A stretch of 64,000 nt of DNA from positions 14,473 through 78,472 of the forward strand of contig JAKZTB010000106.1 of NCBI GenBank assembly GCA_047517345.1, read 5' to 3'. A program made the position numbers and the translations under genes. Below are positions 7,693 through 15,668 of the stretch, one piece after another. Origin of the DNA: Alphaproteobacteria bacterium. Lineage in GTDB: Bacteria > Pseudomonadota > Alphaproteobacteria > UBA8366 > GCA-2717185. Position 1 is the first letter of the stretch; every line of letters begins with the position of its first letter. The notes under the pieces were generated by a model, which saw nothing but the letters and a program-made list of their open reading frames with translations, was not told where the DNA came from and ran no database searches.

Positions 7693-10016
7693 CAGCCGGA
7701 TTCGATTGCCGCGAGGATGTCGGGCGGGCTCAGCGGCGCCTTGGTAAGGCGGACACCGAAGGATGATAGGGCATCCTCGATCGCCGAGACGATCGCCGCG
7801 GGAACGGGAAACACACCGCATTCGCCGACCCCCTTGACGCCCAGCGGATTCAAGTCTGTCGGAGATTCATGATGGACGATGTCGATGCGCGGCACTTCCG
7901 GCGCGGTGATCAGCAGGTAATCCGCAAGATTGGTGGTCTGGGGCTGGCCGTAGTCGTCGAAGCCAATCCGCTCGTACAGCGCGTTGCCGATGCCGTGCGC
8001 CGCCGCGCCGACAATCTGCCCGTCGACGACCGCCGGATGGATCACGGCGCCGCAATCGTGCGCGAAAACGAAATTAACGATCGCGACATGGCCGGTCTCG
8101 GGGTCGACGTCGACCTCGACGACGGCCGATCCGTTGGCGTAGGTCAAATCGTCGACCACCACATGCTCCGTCGCTTCCAGGCCTGGCTCGACCCCGCCGG
8201 GCAGATTGTAACCGGGAACGCCGGCGACGGACCGGGCGACCTCGCCGAGGCTCACCTTCATGTCGGAGACGCCTGCAACGCGCACATCGCGGCCGACGAT
8301 TTCCAGATCGGCCTCCGAGGCTTCCAGAATATGCGCCGCGATACGCAACGCCTTCTCCCGCACCTTGACCGCCGCGACATGCGCGGAGGAACCCGCGGTA
8401 ACCGCCTGGCGGCTGTTGAACCCTCCGATCCCAAGCGTCGTCGCGGCGCTGTCGCCCGCGGTGACCTTGACGTTCGCCATATCTCCGCCGAGTTGTGCGG
8501 CGACGATCTGCGCCATCATCGTTTCGGTGCTTTGGCCCATCGCGGTGGCGCCTGTCGCGACCTCAACGGTTCCGGACGGCGCGATCCGCACGGTGGCGGA
8601 CTCGAAGGGTCCGCGCCCGGTGCCCTTGACGAAATTCGCCAGGCCGATGCCGAGATAGCGGCCGTCCGCGCGGGCGGCTTTCTGGCGGGCGGCGAAGCTG
8701 TCCCAACCGGCGCGTTTCAGCGCATCCGCCTGGCATTTCGGGTAGTCGCCGCTGTCCAGAACGACCGGCCCGCCGCCGCGGTTCCGCAGCGGCTTGGTCT
8801 TCGGCATGTCTTCGCCGGCAACCAAGTTGCGCCGACGGATCTCGGCCCTGTCGAGGCCGAGTGCCTCGGCTGCCCGGTCGAGCAGCCGCTCCATGACGAA
8901 GACGCCCTGCGGCTGCCCCGCGCCGCGCACGGGCGTCACGGGCACCTTGTTGGTCAGGGCCAGTTTCACGTTCATCGCGTAGGCTGGGATTTCGTAGGGC
9001 AGGGTGACGGTGATCGCGGACTCGTAGGGCAGGTTGACGCCGCGCGCGGTGAAGGCGCCGTGGTCGTGGATCAGGGAACCCCGCAGGCCCAGAATCTTGC
9101 CGCTGTCGTCGACCGCGATTTCCGCATCCCAGTATTGGTCGCGCTCCTGGGTGGTACCGATGAAATGTTCCCGCCGGTCTTCGATCCACTTGACCGGCCG
9201 GCGCAGGATCAAGACGGCCGCGGCGACGACGATGTCCTCGGGGTAGAAGATCAGCTTGGGTCCGAACCCACCGCCGAGGTCGGGCGCCACGACCCGGACG
9301 CTCCGCTCGTCCCGGCCCAGCATGTCGCACAGCAGTTGCCGCGCCGTATGCGGCGTCTGGGTCGAGCTCCATAAGGTCAACCGGTCGTCGAGCAGATCGT
9401 ACGCGGCGACGTTGCCGCGGCACTCGATGGAGTGCCCCCCGCCGCGATGCTGATGGAACGATTCGCGGAAGATGTGGGGTGCGGCGGCGAACGCCATATC
9501 GCAGTCGCCGAACGCCATGTCGAACTCGGCAAGCAGATTGTGGTCGGCGCCGTCATGCACCGGCGCGGCATCTTCGGCCAGCGAGTCGCGGGCGTCGGCG
9601 ACCGCGGGCAGCGGGTCGTAGTCGACATCGACAAGCGCCGCCGCGTCCTCCGCGATGTAGCGGTCGTCCGCAACGACAAATGCGATCGGTTCGCCGACAT
9701 GGACAGTCTCGTCGTGGGCGAGTGCGATCCGGTTGCGGTCCTGTCTGTAGCTCGGGCTCGGCAGGCCGACGACCAATCGGTCGGTGCGCAGATGGGGCTG
9801 CAAATCGTCGAGGGTCAGGACGGCATGGACGCCGGGAACAGCCAGCGCGGCCGCCTTATCGATCCGTTTGATTTTGGCGTGGCCATAGGCGCTGCGGACG
9901 AAGGCACCCTCCAGCATTCCCGGCAGCGCGATATCGTCGACGAAGCGCCCTTCGCCGCGCAGGAGCTTGCCGTCTTCGAGTCTCGGAACGCTGACCCCGA
10001 CTACCGCGTCGACCAC
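7692..10016 (-). CDS. Xanthine dehydrogenase family molybdopterin-binding large subunit (CoxL-like paralog 2)
   Basis: 774 aa with a GTG start after GAGAGG. Motifs: VGVSVPRLEDGKLLRGEGRFVDDI, PVRGAGQPQGVFVMERLLD, GVKGVGECGVFPVPAAIVSAIEDAL. No VAYRCSFR loop. Confidence 0.9.
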   Translation of the reverse strand: MVDAVVGVSVPRLEDGKLLRGEGRFVDDIALPGMLEGAFVRSAYGHAKIKRIDKAAALAVPGVHAVLTLDDLQPHLRTDRLVVGLPSPSYRQDRNRIALAHDETVHVGEPIAFVVADDRYIAEDAAALVDVDYDPLPAVADARDSLAEDAAPVHDGADHNLLAEFDMAFGDCDMAFAAAPHIFRESFHQHRGGGHSIECRGNVAAYDLLDDRLTLWSSTQTPHTARQLLCDMLGRDERSVRVVAPDLGGGFGPKLIFYPEDIVVAAAVLILRRPVKWIEDRREHFIGTTQERDQYWDAEIAVDDSGKILGLRGSLIHDHGAFTARGVNLPYESAITVTLPYEIPAYAMNVKLALTNKVPVTPVRGAGQPQGVFVMERLLDRAAEALGLDRAEIRRRNLVAGEDMPKTKPLRNRGGGPVVLDSGDYPKCQADALKRAGWDSFAARQKAARADGRYLGIGLANFVKGTGRGPFESATVRIAPSGTVEVATGATAMGQSTETMMAQIVAAQLGGDMANVKVTAGDSAATTLGIGGFNSRQAVTAGSSAHVAAVKVREKALRIAAHILEASEADLEIVGRDVRVAGVSDMKVSLGEVARSVAGVPGYNLPGGVEPGLEATEHVVVDDLTYANGSAVVEVDVDPETGHVAIVNFVFAHDCGAVIHPAVVDGQIVGAAAHGIGNALYERIGFDDYGQPQTTNLADYLLITAPEVPRIDIVHHESPTDLNPLGVKGVGECGVFPVPAAIVSAIEDALSSFGVRLTKAPLSPPDILAAIESG

Positions 10017-10099
10017 CGATTGTGCCTCTCAACTGCCTCGCGAGGGCATTAGAAGCGGCCACTGTCAATTAATCAATAATAATTCCAAAAATGGTACGG

Positions 10100-11089
10100 T
10101 CAGAGTTTCGGTAAATCCAGTGTCGACGGCGCGAACAGCTCTTCCGCTACCAGTTTTCGCTCGGTCAGGCCCTGCTCGACGGAGTATCGGGTCATCGCTT
10201 CGATCTCATTGGCGTTTTCGGTCGCGCCGTAGGGCCAGAAATCTTCGCCCATCAACGCGCGCGCCTTTTCGAATTCGTCGACCGGCCAGGGCAGGGTCGT
10301 GTGCAAATGGCCGACTTCCGCCTGCCGGCGGTAACAGATCCGCTTCGCTTCGAGATAGCCGAGATAGACGTTGACCGGCAGCCAGGGATGCTGCTCGACG
10401 ATGCTGCGGCGGATCCCGACCAGATGCATGATCGGGAACATGCCGGTCTTGGCGTAATAGGCCTCTTCGTCCGTCCGGTAGTCGGGGAACAGTCTCGCAA
10501 CCTTGTCGTTTCTCTCCAGGCAGGACGGCGCCCGGGCGGCGATCAAGGCGTCCAGGTCGCCCCTGTCCAGCATCCCGTTCAACGTTTCGTCGGCCGGGAT
10601 CGGTTGCAATTCGACATCGTCTGGTAGCTGTACTTGCACCTTCTGGGTGCGGCCCGGCTCTTCCTGACCGCCGTTGCGCCAGCGGATATCGGCCGGCGCG
10701 ACGCCGTATTCGTCCTGCAGGATGCCGCGGACCCACATCGCCGCCGTCATCGGGTATTCCCGCACGCCGACGATCTTACCCTTCAGATCCTCGGGCGCAT
10801 CGATGCCCTTGTCGGTCCGGATATAGATTGAGGAATGCCGGAACATGCGCGACACGAAAGCGGGTATCGCGACATAGGGGCAGGCGTCGCGCGACAACTG
10901 GGTCATGTAGTTCGACATCGACAGCTCGGTGATGTCGAATTCCTGGAACTTGAAGGCGCGGTGGAAGGCCTCCTCCGGCGTCATCGGTGTCGCGACAATC
11001 TCGCACCCGTCGACCCGCACGCGGCCGTCGAAGAGCGACCGGGTGCGGTCGTAATCGACGCCCGCGAGGCTGAGGGTCAGTTTCGCCAT
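10100..11089 (-). CDS. 4,5-dihydroxyphthalate decarboxylase (PhtD)-like / NMT1-type periplasmic-binding-fold protein
   Basis: 329 aa from the ATG at 11089. MAKLTLSLAGVDYDRTRSLFDGRV...FDITELSMSNY...CPYVAIPAFVSRMFRHSSIYIRTD resembles PhtD as I recall it. The upstream part of the 524-aa track ORF is rejected. Confidence 0.75.
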   Translation of the reverse strand: MAKLTLSLAGVDYDRTRSLFDGRVRVDGCEIVATPMTPEEAFHRAFKFQEFDITELSMSNYMTQLSRDACPYVAIPAFVSRMFRHSSIYIRTDKGIDAPEDLKGKIVGVREYPMTAAMWVRGILQDEYGVAPADIRWRNGGQEEPGRTQKVQVQLPDDVELQPIPADETLNGMLDRGDLDALIAARAPSCLERNDKVARLFPDYRTDEEAYYAKTGMFPIMHLVGIRRSIVEQHPWLPVNVYLGYLEAKRICYRRQAEVGHLHTTLPWPVDEFEKARALMGEDFWPYGATENANEIEAMTRYSVEQGLTERKLVAEELFAPSTLDLPKL

Positions 11090-11100
11090 TTCCGGGCCGG

Positions 11101-11712
11101 TCAGGCCGCTTTGCCGCGATCGACTGCCGCCTGCATCAGTTCCAGCCGGTCGTTGCCGAAATACATGTCGATCTTGTCGAGGAAGAAGGTCGGTGAGCCG
11201 AAGCCGCCACGCGCGATGATCTCGTCGGTCGTTTCGAACAGCTTTCGCTTGATCCGGTCGTCGCCGATCTGCGCGAAGAAATTGTCCGCGTCCATGCCCA
11301 CAGCGCCGACGATATCGCGCAGCACGTCTTCCTGCGAGATGTCCTTGTCGTCGCACCAATAGGCCTCGAAACAGGCGCGCGAATAGGCGGAAATCGTGCC
11401 TTCCTCGATGGCGACGAAAGCGCCGCGGAGCGCCTTGACGCTGTTTACCGGAAAGACGCTCGGTTTGATCATCTCGATCCCCTGGAAGCGGCCCCAATCC
11501 GCCATGTCCTTTTGATAGTATGCGTCCTTTGGCGGGACGGGATTCTCGCGGCGCAGATAGACGCTCGGATTGACCTTGTTGAAGACGCCGCCGACAAGGA
11601 ACGGTTTCCAGACCAAGTCGGCGTTGTTCTTGGCGCAGAAATCCTCGATCCGGTCGAAGGCGTAGAAGGTCCAAGGGCTGGAATAGTCGAAGTAGAATTC
11701 AATGGTGGTCAT
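11101..11712 (-). CDS. 2-hydroxychromene-2-carboxylate isomerase family (DsbA-like thioredoxin fold)
   Basis: 203 aa from the ATG at 11712. IEFYFDYSSPWTFYAF, KPFLVGGVF and GGFGSPTFF are typical of the HCCA isomerase/DsbA-like family. Confidence 0.8.
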   Translation of the reverse strand: MTTIEFYFDYSSPWTFYAFDRIEDFCAKNNADLVWKPFLVGGVFNKVNPSVYLRRENPVPPKDAYYQKDMADWGRFQGIEMIKPSVFPVNSVKALRGAFVAIEEGTISAYSRACFEAYWCDDKDISQEDVLRDIVGAVGMDADNFFAQIGDDRIKRKLFETTDEIIARGGFGSPTFFLDKIDMYFGNDRLELMQAAVDRGKAA

Positions 11713-11744
11713 GTCGCGTTCCCCGTGAATGTGATTTGCGTGGA

Positions 11745-12572
11745 TTATAGCCGCTTTGCCCACGCGTCCAACTGGGGCAGCACCGCGTCGGCCTGTTCGG
11801 ATTCCATGCTGAGGACGATTCGTTCAATTCCGGCATTCTCGTAAGCCGGCCATTCGTCGGGATCGTGTTCCACCCCGAAGACCGAAATCGGGACGGACCG
11901 TCCCGCCGCTTTCTCCATCTCGCGGAACTCCGGCAGCCGGTCGAGCAACCTGTAGGTTGGACGGCGCGCGTGCGGCAGCCAACCGTCGCCATAGTCGAGC
12001 GCGCGCCGCGCCGCCCAAGGGATGCCGCCGCCGACGATGACCGGCGGATGCGGCTCTTGCACCGGCTTGGGCCAGGTCATCATCGGGTCGAAATCGACGA
12101 AGTCGCCGTGATATTCCGGCTTGGTTTCGGTCCAGATGGAACGCATTGCCTCGATCTGTTCGCGCATCTTGGCGTTGCGCGTCTTGAAGACGGTGCCGTG
12201 GTTCGCCATCTCGTCCGCGTTCCAGCCCGACCCGATGCCGAACAGGAAACGGCCGTTCGAGACTTGGTCGATCGAGGCGACGGATTTCGCGGTCTGGATC
12301 GTGTCGCGCTGCGGAACGAGGCAGATGCCGGTCGCGACCTTCAGCGTGGAGGTGACCGCCGCGGCGGCGCCCATGACGACGAACGGATCCATCAGGTCGT
12401 AATACTTCTTCGGCAGTTCGCCGCCGGACGGGAAAGCGGAGGCGCGCGAGAGCGGGATGTGGCTGTGTTCCGGGAACCAATAGGAATCGAATCCGCGTTC
12501 TTCCAGTGCTACCGCCAGCTCCGCCGGGGGCATGGAATAATCGGTGGCGAACATCGCAACGCCGACATGCAT
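11745..12572 (-). CDS. Luciferase-like (LLM class) flavin/F420-dependent oxidoreductase
   Basis: 275 aa from the ATG at 12572. Motifs: FDSYWFPEHSHIP, GICLVPQRDTIQTAK, SNGRFLFGIGSGW. The 732-aa track ORF is mostly an artefactual N-terminal extension antisense to 12708-13712. Confidence 0.8.
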   Translation of the reverse strand: MHVGVAMFATDYSMPPAELAVALEERGFDSYWFPEHSHIPLSRASAFPSGGELPKKYYDLMDPFVVMGAAAAVTSTLKVATGICLVPQRDTIQTAKSVASIDQVSNGRFLFGIGSGWNADEMANHGTVFKTRNAKMREQIEAMRSIWTETKPEYHGDFVDFDPMMTWPKPVQEPHPPVIVGGGIPWAARRALDYGDGWLPHARRPTYRLLDRLPEFREMEKAAGRSVPISVFGVEHDPDEWPAYENAGIERIVLSMESEQADAVLPQLDAWAKRL

Positions 12573-12707
12573 GACAGTATTCTCCGTTTGGGGTGAATTC
12601 GCATCATCAAGCGTGTTGTCCGCCGATGCGTCAATCGATAACGTGCCGGCACGCCTGAAAGACGCCGAGGCAACCATCTTCGCCGAACAGTCAGAGGAGA
12701 CCGCGCC

Positions 12708-13712
12708 GTGATCGTCGATGTCCACGCGCACTTCGTCCCGCAGAAAATGCTCGACGCCTTGGCCAGCGGCCGTGCGTCTTTCCCGAATGTTGAGCTGCTG
12801 CATGAGGGCGATACTTTCAAGCTTGGCTTCGCCGGCGGCCCCTTGACGCGCCCGGTCATCCCGAAGTTGCGCGAGGCCGAGGGGCGGCACGCCTGGATGA
12901 CCGAGAACAAGATCGACAGGCAGGTGATCGGCGGCTGGCTCGACGCGTTCGGCTACGAGTTGCCGCCGGAAGAGGGTGCGGCGTGGAGCCGGTTTCTGAA
13001 CGAGCATCTCAAGGAAGCGACGGAGGCCAACCCGTTCCTGGCCCCGCTCGGCAGCGTACCGCTGCAAGATGGGAAGCTGGCCGCTGAAGCGCTGCGCGAG
13101 CTGATCGAGGCCGGGCATAAGGGCGCGATGATCGGTACGCAGCCGCACGGCAGTTCCGGGAATTTGGACGATCCACTGCTCGATCCGTTCTGGGAGGCGG
13201 CGTCGGAACTGGAAGCCGTCCTCTACATCCACCCGATGTTCGGCTGCGGCGACCCGCGGCTGGCCGATTTCGCAATGATCAACGCGGTCGGGCGCGGGCT
13301 CGATACGACGACGGCAGTGGCGCGGCTGCTGTTCTCCGGCCACTTCCTGAAATATCCGGGGATGAAGGTCGTGCTGTCCCACGGCGGCGGCGCGTTGCCC
13401 TTCATGTTGGGGCGGTTGCGGCACAACGCCGATATTCATACGGGCCAGTTCGCCGACCCCGTCGAGGGGTTCAAGCGGCTGTATCACGACACGGTGCTGC
13501 TCGACCCGGACGCTTTGAAATTCGTCTGCGGCAAGACCGGCGCGGGCCAACTGATGATGGGATCCGACTATCCGTTCCCGATCGGCGACATGGCGCCCTG
13601 CGACATCGTGCACAAGGCGGCCTTCAGTGAATTCGACACCAGTGCTATCCTCGGTGGGACGGCGGCGAAGCTGTTTCAGTTGGACGATGGATGCGATGGC
13701 CAGCACGGATGA
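12708..13712 (+). CDS. Amidohydrolase-2 family protein (ACMSD-type decarboxylase/hydratase superfamily)
   Basis: GTG start after GAGGAG. Motifs: MIVDVHAHFVP (HxH metal site), VLYIHP, VLSHGGGALPF, MGSDYPFP. Confidence 0.85.
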   Translation: MIVDVHAHFVPQKMLDALASGRASFPNVELLHEGDTFKLGFAGGPLTRPVIPKLREAEGRHAWMTENKIDRQVIGGWLDAFGYELPPEEGAAWSRFLNEHLKEATEANPFLAPLGSVPLQDGKLAAEALRELIEAGHKGAMIGTQPHGSSGNLDDPLLDPFWEAASELEAVLYIHPMFGCGDPRLADFAMINAVGRGLDTTTAVARLLFSGHFLKYPGMKVVLSHGGGALPFMLGRLRHNADIHTGQFADPVEGFKRLYHDTVLLDPDALKFVCGKTGAGQLMMGSDYPFPIGDMAPCDIVHKAAFSEFDTSAILGGTAAKLFQLDDGCDGQHG

Positions 13713-14796
13713 ACAAGGTGTAGATCCCTTTCGCGATACGCGCGGTACACGGGTTCCGTTCGAACTGGTGATTGATCCGGCCGGCTGGACGACCGAGGAG
13801 ATGGCCGCTAGCGAGGTTTGGCTGTACCGGTTCGACACGCGCGAGATCGCCGAGATTCGGGACGCCATCGCGCCGTTCGACCGTGACGATGTCGACCTGA
13901 TGTCGGTCGAAGCGGAGCATTTCAACCTGCCCCGTCTTGGCAAGGTACTGGGCGATGTGCGGCAGGAACTCCTTTACGGTCGGGGTTTCGCGCTGTTCCG
14001 TGGCCTGCCCGTTGAGGAGATGGGCAAACGCGGCACGGCGGTGGCCTTCTGGGCCGTCAGCCGCTATTTGAGCGACGGCGTCTGTTCGCAGAACAAGCGT
14101 GGGCATGTCCTGGGGCATGTCACGGATTTAGGCGAAAGCCGATCGAATCCCAGCCAGCGCGGGCCCTATTCGCGGGAGGAAATACCGTTTCATGTCGATT
14201 GCTGCGACATCGTCGGCCTGCTGTGCCTGGAGACGCCGGTCTCCGGCGGCGAAAGCAGCGTCGTCAGTTCGGTTGCCTTGCACAACGAGATGCTGAAACG
14301 CAGGCCCGACCTGGTTGCGATCATAGCCGAACCCTATTTCCGCGACCGCCGGGACGAAGTGCCGCCGGGCATGAAACCGTATTACAAACTTCCGATCTTC
14401 AACTATCACCAGGGCTATTTCAGCGCGTCGATCGAGCCGACCTATATCGGTTCGGCCCACCGCTTCGAAGCGTGCGGTGAGATGACCGAAGTGCAGAAGG
14501 AGGCGCTGGCGTTTTCGCAGGCGCTGGCTGACGAAATGCGCTTCGACCAGGGTTTCAGCCGGGGTGACATGCAGTTCGTCAATAACCATGTGATATTTCA
14601 TACGCGGCGCGGCTACCAGGATCATGCTGACCCGGATCGAAAGCGCCATCTGCTGCGCGTCTGGCTGAAGGCCTTCGACGGCCGGCCCCTACCCGACGGC
14701 TTCTACGAGCGTCACGGGACCCGCGAAACGGTCGACCGGCCGGGCGGTATCGTCGGGACCGATACGGTCCTGAACGCGCCGATCTATCGCGAATAG
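13687..14796 (+). CDS. TauD/TfdA-family Fe(II)/2-oxoglutarate dioxygenase (long form)
   Basis: IPFHVDCCD (HxD facial triad), VNNHVIFHTRRGY and RHLLRVWL. Start uncertain (13687, 13696 or the GTG at 13627). It overlaps the end of the preceding gene. Confidence 0.75.
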   Translation: MDAMASTDEQGVDPFRDTRGTRVPFELVIDPAGWTTEEMAASEVWLYRFDTREIAEIRDAIAPFDRDDVDLMSVEAEHFNLPRLGKVLGDVRQELLYGRGFALFRGLPVEEMGKRGTAVAFWAVSRYLSDGVCSQNKRGHVLGHVTDLGESRSNPSQRGPYSREEIPFHVDCCDIVGLLCLETPVSGGESSVVSSVALHNEMLKRRPDLVAIIAEPYFRDRRDEVPPGMKPYYKLPIFNYHQGYFSASIEPTYIGSAHRFEACGEMTEVQKEALAFSQALADEMRFDQGFSRGDMQFVNNHVIFHTRRGYQDHADPDRKRHLLRVWLKAFDGRPLPDGFYERHGTRETVDRPGGIVGTDTVLNAPIYRE

Positions 14797-14815
14797 CTTG
14801 AAAATAGAAAGAATC

Positions 14816-14847
14816 TGCCGCATGGACGCGGCATAGTATTTTATTTC
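14816..14847 (+). terminator. Candidate intrinsic terminator after the TauD-family gene
   Basis: TGCCGC (14816-14821) / GCGGCA (14828-14833) forms a 6-bp stem with a 6-nt loop, followed by TAGTATTTTATTTC. The stem is short, so the call is weak. Confidence 0.35.
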
Positions 14848-14903
14848 ACCAATGCGGGCACCGAATTTTCGAATACTGGAATCCCAAAAAAAGAAGTAAC
14901 GCG

Positions 14904-15668
14904 TTGAAAAAATACCTTCTAGTCGGTCTGGCATCGGTCGCTGTATTCGCACTCGTCTTTGCGACGCTTTCATACGTAGCGTTGCCGTTCCTCCAGTCCG
15001 AGCTTCGCGTCGATATGTCTCTGTCCGACCCCGGTGGGTCGTTCGAAGTGTATGCGAACAAAGACTACGGTAATCCGCACCGCATCGCGGTGACTCAGGC
15101 TGGACGAAAGTCATACGTATTTTCAAGGCTTCCGATAGATCTATGGTCTGTCAGGTTAAATACAGCAGACAAAAGGGATATAGGAGTCACATATCATGCC
15201 GTTGAAATTTTTATCGATAACGAACGGATATTTAGTTTCCCTACCGATACTTTCGACACACACCTTGTCAAGAATTTATCGGGAGAAGGAGAGTATGTAT
15301 CGATAGGTAATGATCCGACTTTCATTACAGGATTGCCTTCCGACATCAAAGATAAATTAAATAAGATAAAACGTAATATGAAATTACAAATATCATTATT
15401 CGCGTCTTTAATCGTCATTGCACTTTCTATCGTGTATTTATACGGCACCAAATTTTTGCGTTTGCAGAGGGAGGGGAGGAATTACGGGTTCGAAAGAAAA
15501 TATCAGATAACAGGAAGTTTTTCTGTAAAGTATTTCGAATATATTTTGCCATTCGTTCATAGGTTAAGGTTTGTTTTTTTTCCTTGTATTCGGCATTCTT
15601 CTCTGTTCTTCCTCAATTCTATTGATAAATGCCTACCGCGCCTCTTTAGCGTATGTTCCGTCATATGA
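14904..15668 (+). CDS. Orphan membrane-anchored protein (signal-anchor, ~150-aa soluble module, second TM)
   Basis: TTG start in an AT-rich context. Hydrophobic segments are LLVGLASVAVFALVFATL and LQISLFASLIVIALSIVYLYG. No family recognised. The 3' end overlaps the next ORF by 98 nt in another frame. Confidence 0.5.
   Translation: MKKYLLVGLASVAVFALVFATLSYVALPFLQSELRVDMSLSDPGGSFEVYANKDYGNPHRIAVTQAGRKSYVFSRLPIDLWSVRLNTADKRDIGVTYHAVEIFIDNERIFSFPTDTFDTHLVKNLSGEGEYVSIGNDPTFITGLPSDIKDKLNKIKRNMKLQISLFASLIVIALSIVYLYGTKFLRLQREGRNYGFERKYQITGSFSVKYFEYILPFVHRLRFVFFPCIRHSSLFFLNSIDKCLPRLFSVCSVI

Noticed and set aside
2555-10016. Calling the large subunits aerobic CO dehydrogenase (coxL) because a CoxG-like gene is adjacent
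   Set aside because: The form-I active-site loop VAYRCSFR is absent (PYRGAGAPE / PVRGAGQPQ instead), and there are no coxS, coxM or coxDEF genes. Only the generic Mo-hydroxylase family call is supported.
11745-13943. Track ORFs with very long N-terminal extensions (11745-13943, 4925-6337, 10100-11674, 18820-20031, 54620-56071, 55924-56994, 23420-24487, 26887-27582)
   Set aside because: The family-typical sequence begins at an internal ATG/GTG with an RBS or a start/stop overlap. The extensions overlap the neighbouring gene and translate to Arg-rich nonsense. Shorter coordinates are used instead.
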